DNA of 54,652 nucleotides from Candidatus Onthocola stercorigallinarum. Lineage in GTDB: Bacteria > Bacillota_I > Bacilli_A > RF39 > UBA660. How positions within the stretch are numbered: position 1 is the stretch's first letter; each line of letters begins with the position of its first letter. The notes beneath the pieces are model-generated. The model ran no database searches and was not told the DNA's origin. It saw nothing but the letters and a program-made list of their open reading frames with translations. The stretch spans positions 1 through 54,652 of the forward strand of contig DVMD01000079.1 of assembly GCA_018715145.1 (NCBI GenBank), in the 5' to 3' direction. The position numbers and the translations under genes were made by a program. This document shows positions 43,485 through 52,249 of this stretch, in pieces.

Positions 43485-44324
43485 TTATTCTCCAGTAACC
43501 AAGTTTAGGGAATTAGTTAAATCATTTAAAGAACTACTACATACTCCACTATCTTTATTTATATAATAATTTAAAGTATATAATTTATCTTCATAAATTA
43601 AAGCATAAATACAAGTATTTTCTTCATTAAAATAATACCAAGTATTATTATTAATGACTATACTTTCAATATTGCTTGCTTGATAGACATTTTCTAAATA
43701 AGCATTTTCATTATCATAATTATTATTCATAGTTTGAATTACAAAATTACAATCGTTTTCTTCATCAGTATATCTATAAGAAGAATAGGTATTACTTTCA
43801 TAATTATTTACAAAACCATTAGGTACATTATAATCAATTCTTGTAATTTTTTCTTCTTTTAAATCATTAGTATTATTTAAAATATTAGATATTCTCTCAT
43901 ATTCTTCTTTATATGAAATTATTAATATAACTGAATATATAACAATAGAAATTATTAAAGCAATATTAGATACTCCACCCTTTTTCTTGATATTTTCTAG
44001 TATCTCTTCTTCATTGTTAGTACTCATTCTTATTTTTTTAATATCTCTATTTATTTTATATAAATATAAATCTTTAAATTTCATGGCTACAATAAATGAA
44101 TATATAATAGATATTAAACTAGTAATTGTAGGCATATTAAAAATTGAATCAAATATTAAAGTTATTAAAAAATTAATAATATAATAAATTAATGCATATA
44201 ACCATAATTTGCGATACAAAAAATAAATTATTGATACTAAAAAAGTCGGCCAGGAAAAAGTAGAATTCATTATTTTATCATAATTTTTACCTATATAAGC
44301 TTCAATATATTTTTCATCTTGCAT
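43485..44324 (-). CDS. DUF2628-like membrane protein with extracellular C-terminal domain
   Basis: The start is set to ATG 44324 behind GGTGA. YIEAYIGKNYDKIMNSTFSWPTFLVSIIYFLYRKLW resembles the DUF2628 N-terminus. Confidence 0.6.
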   Translation of the reverse strand: MQDEKYIEAYIGKNYDKIMNSTFSWPTFLVSIIYFLYRKLWLYALIYYIINFLITLIFDSIFNMPTITSLISIIYSFIVAMKFKDLYLYKINRDIKKIRMSTNNEEEILENIKKKGGVSNIALIISIVIYSVILIISYKEEYERISNILNNTNDLKEEKITRIDYNVPNGFVNNYESNTYSSYRYTDEENDCNFVIQTMNNNYDNENAYLENVYQASNIESIVINNNTWYYFNEENTCIYALIYEDKLYTLNYYINKDSGVCSSSLNDLTNSLNLVTGE

Positions 44325-44353
44325 AATATTCACCATTAACATCAACAAGGAAA

Positions 44354-45265
44354 CTATTTTTTATCAAAGTATTTGCCAACATCACTCGGATTAGTTCCTG
44401 CTCCACCTCCAACTATTTGGGATAGTTCTTGCATACTTAAACTAGTTCCTTCTGATATAGTTTCTAAAGGTATTCCTAGTTTATGCAATCTTTTTGCAGT
44501 CTTTATATTTGCGTTCTTTTCTCCCTTCGCGATACCACGCTTTTCTCCATTGGCAAAGCCATCATCATATTTTTCATCTAATTCACCTTTATGTAACATT
44601 TCTCTATCTTTTTCGGGTGTTACTCCCCAGTAAAACTCAACATTATCATTTATTCTCATAACTATTTCTTTAAACCTCCTTACATATTCATCTTCTGGAT
44701 AAAACTCTTCTAATGCTTGTTTTTCCAATTTTAGCATTAATAAATATCTATATTTATCCATTTCTTTTTCATCATTATAACATAGATTTTCTAAACTATC
44801 TAGGCTTACATTACAAACTTTAACATTATCTAATATACAATCAAAATTCTCATTTCTATATTCAAAAATTTCAATAGGTTCTTTTGTTACTTGACTATTA
44901 GCATTCAAATTAACCAATATATAATTATTTTTAACATCATATTTTTCATTAGTCAATTCTTTCTGAGAAGCATAACTCATTAAATACATATAATTGCGAT
45001 ATAACTTAGTTTTATTAAAGTCGCCATTATTCATTTCTACCACCATATAACCATAATTAGTTTCTACTAAAACATCAAGATTCTTTTCTTTTTCTTCTTT
45101 AGTACGCTGCGGTAGTGTTGGGACAATATATCTTTTTACTATTATTTTTCTATCAAATATAGTACTAAGAATCAGGCCTAAAACAATTTTACCATAATCA
45201 TTATCAATACAAACATTTTTAAATATTACATCATATACAGCTGGGAAAAATTCTTTAGTTTCCAA
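44354..45265 (-). CDS. Rpn-family recombination-promoting nuclease / putative transposase (PD-(D/E)XK)
   Basis: VIFKNV...LDVLVETNYGYMVVEMN nuclease core, with the characteristic C-terminal repeat region GFANGEKRGIAKGEKNANIKTAKRLHKLGIPLETISEGTSLS. Confidence 0.75.
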   Translation of the reverse strand: METKEFFPAVYDVIFKNVCIDNDYGKIVLGLILSTIFDRKIIVKRYIVPTLPQRTKEEKEKNLDVLVETNYGYMVVEMNNGDFNKTKLYRNYMYLMSYASQKELTNEKYDVKNNYILVNLNANSQVTKEPIEIFEYRNENFDCILDNVKVCNVSLDSLENLCYNDEKEMDKYRYLLMLKLEKQALEEFYPEDEYVRRFKEIVMRINDNVEFYWGVTPEKDREMLHKGELDEKYDDGFANGEKRGIAKGEKNANIKTAKRLHKLGIPLETISEGTSLSMQELSQIVGGGAGTNPSDVGKYFDKK

Positions 45266-45314
45266 AATTTTACCTCCTTGGCTCTATATAATAGCACACT
45301 CATTTTAAAAAATT

Positions 45315-45331
45315 TGTCGAACAATGTCGAT
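45315..45331 (+). promoter_or_regulatory. Tandem Spo0A-type boxes between the PBP and Rpn genes
   Basis: TGTCGAA (45315-45321), spacer caa, then TGTCGAT (45325-45331). Confidence 0.4.
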
Positions 45332-45352
45332 AGATTAAAAAAATTGTAATTT

Positions 45353-47329
45353 TTAATAATTATCTGCAAGAAAAGAGGTTAATTCTTTAGTTATTTTACT
45401 AGCACCATAATACATTGTATCATTTGTTCCATTATTGTGAGATATATTCGGAGTTATTACAACAACACTATATTTTGGATCTTCATTAGGAAAATAGCCT
45501 GCAAAAGTGGAAGTAATGGTCTGTACATCAACTTTACCATCATTATCACTATCATAAAAAGATTCACTAGTTCCTGTTTTACCTGCCGCCAGTAAATCAT
45601 CACGAACATAAATTTTACCAGTCCCCTCTTTTAAAACTAAAGTTAAACCTTCCCTAATTCTGTTTAAATATTCTTCGTCTACTGCAACATCATTAAGTAC
45701 TTCTATTTCATTTTTAACAACTACTTCATCATCATTTCTAATTTCCTTCATTAGTGATAAACTCATCCTTGTTCCACTAGCCATACTATTAATATATTGT
45801 AAAACCTCAATTGGAGTATAAGTATCATATTGCCCAATTGCTAAATTAAGAAGAAGATCATCTGCAACAGTAGAACCAATTATACCTGTAGTCTCTCCGG
45901 GTAAATCGATGTTAGTGATTGCTCCAAGGCCAAAGCTTGCTAACATATCCCGATATATTTTAAAATGTTCTTCTGTTGCATTTAACTTCATATTTGGAGT
46001 ATAAGTATTTCCCGTAAGAGCTATAGCAATCATAAATTGATAATAATTAGAAGAATATGCTAGTGCTGTTAAATCATTAATTCTTCCTAAACTTTTAAAA
46101 CTACATTTCTGTGGTGTTAAATAAAGTTTAACACAAGAATCAGTTATATATTTACCCATTTCAATTAAATTATTTTGATAACCTACTGCAATAGTTGCAC
46201 CCTTTACAGCTGAACCTATTGTAAATGATTTATTAATTGTATTAAGAGAAATATCACTCCAAGTATCATCACTATTAAGTCTAATACCTGCCATAGCAAT
46301 GATTTCACCAGTTAGAGGATTACTAACTAGAGCATATGAATCTTTGTAATAATCGGTATTAGGATATTTCTTCCCCAATAATATTTTATCTTTAATTATT
46401 TCTTCAGCTTTCATTTGAATATCAATGTCGATAGATAAAACTAAATCATTGCCCCTTTGTTCTTCTTCAACTAAAGTAAGAGTATTATCACTATTAACTA
46501 AATATTTAGCCTTTTCTCCTTTTAAATATTCTTCATATTCTTTTTCTAAATAACTAATTCCTACAATATCTGTTAGTTCATAGCCATTACTTAAATACTC
46601 ATCTACCTCCTCACTTGGAATACTACTAACAGAACCTAATATATTTCTTAGGGTATCCCCATATAAATAAATGCGCTCCCATGATAGTTCTCCAGTAACT
46701 CCAGGAATATTACTTTCAATTACTTTAGCATATTCTTCATCACTAACTCGCTTTAATATCTCTTTTTTACTGTAGACATATCCATCATTCATTAAACTAT
46801 ATATTTTAGCACACTTCCTAAATAATTCATCTTCTTCATTTAACATATCTTCAGTTATTCGCTCTATTTTTAAATCATATAAATCACTACTAGATAGTTT
46901 TCTTTCATCAAGTAATTTATATTCTTCTTCAGTTATTAAATTACTACCATTATTATTGTTTACTAACCAAAATTCTTTTTGTTCTAAAATACTACCTTCA
47001 TCAACACTTAAGATACCAGCTAACTTTTTGGCTATTTCAATTTCTTCACTAGTACTTATGCCTTTTATTTTATTATAATAAATTGTTTTTACTCCTAGGT
47101 TATCTACTAAAACTTTACCATTAGTATCAAGTATTCTTCCTCTTGGAGCACTACCACCCGACACATAAACTACAGTTTTATTTTCAAGTGCTAAAGTAAA
47201 GAGCTCTTTATCAGACCAAATAAAAACTAATCTTGTTAAAAAGACTCCAAAAACTGCAATAATTAATAAATACAAATACATCTTCTTTTTCATATTTATA
47301 GTATTTCTTTTTTTAGTTTTTTCATACAA
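45353..47329 (-). CDS. Class B penicillin-binding protein (PBP2B/SpoVD-like transpeptidase)
   Basis: N-terminal TM segment, SxxK (GSAVKG), SxN (YSSNYY) and KTG (GKTGTSE). Confidence 0.9.
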   Translation of the reverse strand: MYEKTKKRNTINMKKKMYLYLLIIAVFGVFLTRLVFIWSDKELFTLALENKTVVYVSGGSAPRGRILDTNGKVLVDNLGVKTIYYNKIKGISTSEEIEIAKKLAGILSVDEGSILEQKEFWLVNNNNGSNLITEEEYKLLDERKLSSSDLYDLKIERITEDMLNEEDELFRKCAKIYSLMNDGYVYSKKEILKRVSDEEYAKVIESNIPGVTGELSWERIYLYGDTLRNILGSVSSIPSEEVDEYLSNGYELTDIVGISYLEKEYEEYLKGEKAKYLVNSDNTLTLVEEEQRGNDLVLSIDIDIQMKAEEIIKDKILLGKKYPNTDYYKDSYALVSNPLTGEIIAMAGIRLNSDDTWSDISLNTINKSFTIGSAVKGATIAVGYQNNLIEMGKYITDSCVKLYLTPQKCSFKSLGRINDLTALAYSSNYYQFMIAIALTGNTYTPNMKLNATEEHFKIYRDMLASFGLGAITNIDLPGETTGIIGSTVADDLLLNLAIGQYDTYTPIEVLQYINSMASGTRMSLSLMKEIRNDDEVVVKNEIEVLNDVAVDEEYLNRIREGLTLVLKEGTGKIYVRDDLLAAGKTGTSESFYDSDNDGKVDVQTITSTFAGYFPNEDPKYSVVVITPNISHNNGTNDTMYYGASKITKELTSFLADNY

Positions 47330-47346
47330 TATAATAGGTGTTATTT

Positions 47347-47607
47347 ATGTATAATTTAATTGAGAGATATATGGCTATTATGACTAAAGATGATGTAGCT
47401 AATTTTGCCACTAAAAAAGGCATCAATTTAAGTGATGCCGAAGTAACTTTTACTTATAATTTTCTTAAGAAAAACTGGAGAGATTATTTAAAAAATCCTA
47501 ATGTATTTGATATAAATCGTTATAAAGATAACTTTAGTCCTGAAAATTTTATAAAGGTGAAAAAAGTATTTGAAGAATATTATCAAAAGTTTGGATCATT
47601 TTTATAA
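47347..47607 (+). CDS. Small DUF2624-like protein
   Basis: ATG 47347 lies 6 nt after AGGTG. The sequence MYNLIERYMAIMTKDDVANFATKKGINLSDAEV resembles YqfT/DUF2624 from memory. Its 3' end overlaps the convergent nfo. Confidence 0.5.
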   Translation: MYNLIERYMAIMTKDDVANFATKKGINLSDAEVTFTYNFLKKNWRDYLKNPNVFDINRYKDNFSPENFIKVKKVFEEYYQKFGSFL

Positions 47608-48479
47608 TAATTTTCTACATCACTTTCTAAACTCGGATTAAATTTTTTACTTTTAATCATGGCAATTTCAAATTTATATGGTGGAAATTCTCCAATATAA
47701 GGTGTTTCTAATATTTTAGGAACATCTTTTAATTTAGGGTTATATATAACATTAATGAGATTTTCAAAACCAATTGTTCCATAGCCTATATTAGCATGTC
47801 TATCCTTTTTTGAACCAATTACATTTTTACTATCATTTACATGAACACACTTAACTTTATCAAGACCAATTTCACTATCAAAAACACTTAAATACTCATC
47901 AAATTTAGCAATATCTACTCCAGAATCATTCAAGTGACATGTATCAAGACAAATGCCAACTTTATCTTTTAAATTAACTTTATTTAGTATACTTTTAAGT
48001 TCATAAATATTTATTCCACATTCACTACCTTTACCTGCCATGGTTTCAAGTAAAATCATTGGCAAGGTATCCTCATCAATTATATAATTTAGAGCTTCTG
48101 CTATATTAAAAAGGGCTTCTTCTCTATCTAGTTTTAGAGCATTACCAGGATGCACTACAATATAATTTACTCCCATTTGGGTAATTCTTTTTATTTCATT
48201 TTTTAAAAAACTAATAGAAAAGTTCCAAGATTCTATCTTTTCTTTATTAGCTAAATTAATAATATATGGGGCATGACATATAACATTATTTATATCAATA
48301 CCATTATCTTTCATATATTCTTTAGCTTCATGAATTAAATCTTCCTTTAATTCTGCTCTAATAGTATTTTGGGGAGCTCCAGTATAAAACATAAATGTAT
48401 TTGCATCAAAACTTACCGCTACTTTAGCAGATGCTAATAATTGATCTTTTCCAAAAGATACATGAGAACCTATAATCAT
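47583..48479 (-). CDS. nfo: Deoxyribonuclease IV (endonuclease IV)
   Basis: IGSHVS...HAPYIINLA...VVHPG...ETMAGKG...CLDTCH...HVNDSK. These are the Nfo metal-binding motifs. Confidence 0.9.
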   Translation of the reverse strand: MIIGSHVSFGKDQLLASAKVAVSFDANTFMFYTGAPQNTIRAELKEDLIHEAKEYMKDNGIDINNVICHAPYIINLANKEKIESWNFSISFLKNEIKRITQMGVNYIVVHPGNALKLDREEALFNIAEALNYIIDEDTLPMILLETMAGKGSECGINIYELKSILNKVNLKDKVGICLDTCHLNDSGVDIAKFDEYLSVFDSEIGLDKVKCVHVNDSKNVIGSKKDRHANIGYGTIGFENLINVIYNPKLKDVPKILETPYIGEFPPYKFEIAMIKSKKFNPSLESDVENYYKNDPNF

Positions 48480-48536
48480 TTAAATCACCAATATAATTAT
48501 ACAAAAAAAATAGCCTTATGAAAAGCTATTTTAATA

Positions 48537-49070
48537 TTAATTGCCAGTTGATTCGCCACCAGATGATGATGCTTTATCACAATTATTATATAAATCTTTC
48601 CAGTTCCCTTCATAATTTTTTACATCATCTAGTGCAACATCTTTGTTAGTATTAGTGTTTGTATCAACTCCAGCTCCAACAATTTGATATTCACCATTAT
48701 GAATCCAAACTTTATAAAGGAAAAGACCTCCACTTCTGGTTACTTGAACACTACCTTTATATGTATCAATGTCAGCATCATAAAAACCAGCTTTAATTAA
48801 GTCTTCAATACTAATACATTTCCAAGAACCTTCACCTACAGGTAATGTATCTCCACCCATTAAATTACCAGCTGTAAAATAACTTTGAGCAGATTGAATT
48901 GCTGAATTGGCTTCTATAGCTAAAGCATTTCTTCTAGCTTTATCCATTTGAGGAAGTACTGCATTAACAGCAATTAAAATAATAATTGCTAAAACTACGA
49001 TAACTGCTAGTAATTCGATTAAGGTAAATCCTCTAAAACTATTTAATTCCCTATTTATATCTTTGTTCAT
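48537..49070 (-). CDS. Type IV pilin-like protein (prepilin N-terminal cleavage/methylation domain)
   Basis: Leader MNKDINRELNSFRG, then FTLIELLAVIVVLAIIILIA, the class III signal peptide with Glu at +5. Confidence 0.8.
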   Translation of the reverse strand: MNKDINRELNSFRGFTLIELLAVIVVLAIIILIAVNAVLPQMDKARRNALAIEANSAIQSAQSYFTAGNLMGGDTLPVGEGSWKCISIEDLIKAGFYDADIDTYKGSVQVTRSGGLFLYKVWIHNGEYQIVGAGVDTNTNTNKDVALDDVKNYEGNWKDLYNNCDKASSSGGESTGN

Positions 49071-49096
49071 TTTCTATAAGCACCTCTCTATTTTTA

Positions 49097-49125
49097 ATAA
49101 TACTATAATTTTTAATAATAGTCAA
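49097..49125 (-). promoter_or_regulatory. SigmaA-type promoter of the pilin gene
   Basis: The minus strand reads TTGACT, a 17-nt spacer, then TATTAT. Confidence 0.45.
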
Positions 49126-49131
49126 TAACTT

Positions 49132-49353
49132 TTATTTTAAAACATCTAAAACTGAAGTGATTAAATCCATATTTTCTACTACATTATTAATTTTATCAGT
49201 TACGCGTTCTTTATACTTAATTTTCATATCTTCATTAAATTTTTTATAATCTATAGCTCCCCGATTTAATTCTTTAAAATAATATGAATTTTCTTTTAAT
49301 TGCCTATAGCTTTTAGCATTTTCTCTAAACTGCATTTGTAAATATATTTGCAT
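49132..49353 (-). CDS. YlbE-like small protein
   Basis: 73 aa. The pattern YRQLKENSYYFKELNRGAIDYKKF resembles Bacillus YlbE from memory. It is coupled to the upstream YlbD-like gene. Confidence 0.45.
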   Translation of the reverse strand: MQIYLQMQFRENAKSYRQLKENSYYFKELNRGAIDYKKFNEDMKIKYKERVTDKINNVVENMDLITSVLDVLK

Positions 49354-49712
49354 TAGTCCTCAAAAAATTTATTTAATGGTCTTGGAGCAACTGGTCCTTT
49401 ATTTAAATTATTAATAGGATTTTGGGGAGTTTTCTTAGTTAAATCTCCAATAAAATCAATTGCTTTTTGGGCAGTATTGATATGACTTTTAATAGAATCA
49501 ACATTGACATTTTTAACCATATCGGTAATTTTAGAAATACTATCAACTGCAGCACGATCATTATTTAAAATGTATTTATTCCAAACACTTTCATCTTCCC
49601 CATAAATATCATATAATTCATAAAATTTCTGCCATGTCATTTCCCCGCTTTGAACATATTTAATTAATTCTGGTTTTGTTTTAATAAAATTTTTAAATGC
49701 TTCATGTTTCAT
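49353..49712 (-). CDS. YlbD-like (putative coat) protein
   Basis: ATG 49712 sits behind GGGTGA. The sequence FKNFIKTKPELIKYVQSGEMTWQKFYELYDIYGEDESVWNKY resembles Bacillus YlbD from memory. Confidence 0.45.
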   Translation of the reverse strand: MKHEAFKNFIKTKPELIKYVQSGEMTWQKFYELYDIYGEDESVWNKYILNNDRAAVDSISKITDMVKNVNVDSIKSHINTAQKAIDFIGDLTKKTPQNPINNLNKGPVAPRPLNKFFED

Positions 49713-49759
49713 ATAAAAAATCACCCACTAAATTTTATGAATTAAGTGAGTGATTTATC

Positions 49760-52246
49760 CTAGATTTTAAAATCTTTAACAAAATCATTAAATGATAATT
49801 GCTCTTGTTCTACCTTTTTAGGTTCTTCTTCCTTTTTTTCTTCTTTAGTTATTAAATTAACATCAACTGGTTTTAGTGCCCATAAATCTACTTGTTTTTT
49901 ACTTAACACACTACCAGTACTAGCAATATCCATAATAGGGATTTCACTGTTTTTAATCTCTTTAATATCAGTATCAATTTTACATAAATTGACATCTTTA
50001 CTATTAGTTAAATAAGCATAGTCTAATTTATAATCTTTAGTTTTAGCTTTTTTAAATAACATATTACCTTTTTTAGCACGAGATATTAAAGATAAATCAC
50101 TTAATTTAATTCTTTTACCAGTATGCATATTGGTAAATATATTTAAATATTCATCTTCTTCTTTAATATCTGCTCCATATATGACATAATCATCTTTTAA
50201 GTTAATTCCTTTAACACCACTAGCTTTTACTCCTACAACTGGAATTTCACTAGTTTTAAATCTAAGATAAAAACCATTATGAGTAACAAATAATGTATCT
50301 TCCTTAGCTGTTGTAACATTAACAAGTTCATCATCATTTTTTAGTTTTATAGCCGTCATTGGTTTAGAATATCTAGTTACTTCAAAGTCTTTTAATGTGA
50401 CTTGTTTAGTTAATCCATTTTTTGTAAACATTACAACATTTTTCTTCTTATCTTTTAAAATCATACTAGCAACTATTTTTTCTTCTTCTTTAATAACTAC
50501 TGTATTACTAATATGTTTACCTAAATCTTTCCATTTACATTCTGCTATTTTATGAACAGGAACATATAAATAATTACCTAGGTTTGTAAATAATAGTAAG
50601 GTATCTTGAGTAGTTACAAAATATTTAGCTCTTATAAAATCTCCAGGTTTAAGGGCTGTTTCATCAGTTGCCAAGTTATAACTCTTAAGACTAACTCTTT
50701 TTACATAGCCTTCATTAGTAACTACTACTACTACCTTTTCATTTGGTATCATTTCTTTTAAATCAACTTTTATCTCAGAAACTTCATCAACAATTTGGGT
50801 TTTTCGCGGGTTTGCATATTTCCTCTTAACATCCCGAAGTTCTGATTTCATAACACCCTTAAGCTTAGATTCATCATTTAATATTTCTTCACATTCTTGG
50901 ATTAAGCCTTCTAGTTTTTTGCTTTCTTCTTCAAGTGTTACAATATCAGTATTTGTTAAGCGATATAATTGTAGGGTTACTATTGCTTCTGCTTGTTCCA
51001 TAGTAAAATCAAAACTTTTAACTAAATTTTCTTTAGCATCAGCTTTATTTTTACTTGCTCTAATAACTTTAATTACTTCATCAAGTATTGATATTGCTTT
51101 AATTAAACCTGCGATTATATGATAGTTCTTTTTATAAAATGCCAAATCAAATTCAGTTCTTTTCGTAATTGTTTCTCTTAAGTGAGCAATGTATGCATCA
51201 AGTATTTCTAGTATTCCTAAAGTTTTTGGAGTTCTATTAACAATGGCTACCATATTGTAGTTATATGATATTTGTAATTCCGTATTTTTAAGCAAATAAT
51301 TTATAATAAAATCTTTATTAGCACCACTCTTTAAATCAATTACTATTCTTAAACCTTCTCTATCGGTTTCATCACGAACTTCTGCAATACCTTCAATCTT
51401 TTTATCAATTCTAATACCTTCCATTTTAGATACTAAATTTTGTTTATTAACATCAAAAGGTATTTCAGTAATGATTATTTGCTCTTTACCTTTTTCTTTT
51501 TTAAATTCATATTTACTTCGAACAATTACTTTGCCTCGTCCAGTTTTAAAAGCATCAATTATACCTTGTTTACCTTGCGCTATACCTCCGGTTGGGAAAT
51601 CTGGTCCTTTAACTATTTCTAAAATAGTATCTAAATAACAATTCGGAGAATCAATTCTCTTAATAGTGGCATCAATTATTTCTCCAAGATTGTGTGGTGG
51701 AATGTTTGTCGCATAGCCTGCCGAAATACCATTAGTTCCATTAACTAACAAATTAGGAAACTTGGCAGGAAGCACAGTTGGTTCAAGTAATCTATCATCA
51801 AAGTTTGGGGCCCAAGCAACTGTATTTTTATCTAAATCGCGAAGTAACTCACCACTAATGGGAGCAAGTCTTGCTTCGGTATAACGATATGCAGCTGGTG
51901 GATCACCATCCATTGAACCATTATTACCATGAATATCAATTAAAATATGATTTTGTTTCCACCACTGAGACATTCTAACCATTGCATCATATACGGAAGA
52001 GTCCCCATGTGGGTGATACTTACCTAATACATCCCCAACAGTGGTAGCACATTTTAAATATCCTTTATCCCAGGTATTACCAGCTTTAAACATTGCATAT
52101 AAAATACGCCTTTGCACAGGTTTTAGGCCATCACGAACATCTGGAATAGCTCTATCTTGAATTATTTCTTTTGCATATTTAGCAAATCTATCTCCCATGA
52201 TTTCTTCAAGGGAATAATCTTCAATTTTCTTTAATATATTTTCCAT
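49760..52246 (-). CDS. parC: DNA topoisomerase IV subunit A
   Basis: DGLKPVQRRILYAM, catalytic AAYRYTEARL, and HGNNGSMDGDPPAA, which is the ParC/GrlA-type signature rather than the GyrA QGNFGS. It follows the B subunit gene. Confidence 0.85.
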   Translation of the reverse strand: MENILKKIEDYSLEEIMGDRFAKYAKEIIQDRAIPDVRDGLKPVQRRILYAMFKAGNTWDKGYLKCATTVGDVLGKYHPHGDSSVYDAMVRMSQWWKQNHILIDIHGNNGSMDGDPPAAYRYTEARLAPISGELLRDLDKNTVAWAPNFDDRLLEPTVLPAKFPNLLVNGTNGISAGYATNIPPHNLGEIIDATIKRIDSPNCYLDTILEIVKGPDFPTGGIAQGKQGIIDAFKTGRGKVIVRSKYEFKKEKGKEQIIITEIPFDVNKQNLVSKMEGIRIDKKIEGIAEVRDETDREGLRIVIDLKSGANKDFIINYLLKNTELQISYNYNMVAIVNRTPKTLGILEILDAYIAHLRETITKRTEFDLAFYKKNYHIIAGLIKAISILDEVIKVIRASKNKADAKENLVKSFDFTMEQAEAIVTLQLYRLTNTDIVTLEEESKKLEGLIQECEEILNDESKLKGVMKSELRDVKRKYANPRKTQIVDEVSEIKVDLKEMIPNEKVVVVVTNEGYVKRVSLKSYNLATDETALKPGDFIRAKYFVTTQDTLLLFTNLGNYLYVPVHKIAECKWKDLGKHISNTVVIKEEEKIVASMILKDKKKNVVMFTKNGLTKQVTLKDFEVTRYSKPMTAIKLKNDDELVNVTTAKEDTLFVTHNGFYLRFKTSEIPVVGVKASGVKGINLKDDYVIYGADIKEEDEYLNIFTNMHTGKRIKLSDLSLISRAKKGNMLFKKAKTKDYKLDYAYLTNSKDVNLCKIDTDIKEIKNSEIPIMDIASTGSVLSKKQVDLWALKPVDVNLITKEEKKEEEPKKVEQEQLSFNDFVKDFKI

Positions 52247-52249
52247 TTA

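Noticed and set aside
46426-46440. 14-15-nt identity (CAATGTCGATAGAT) between the PBP coding sequence and the 45321-45334 intergenic 0A-box site
   Set aside because: It lies inside the codons for SIDIDIQ of a conserved PBP and only one half of the tandem motif is present. I treat it as coincidence.
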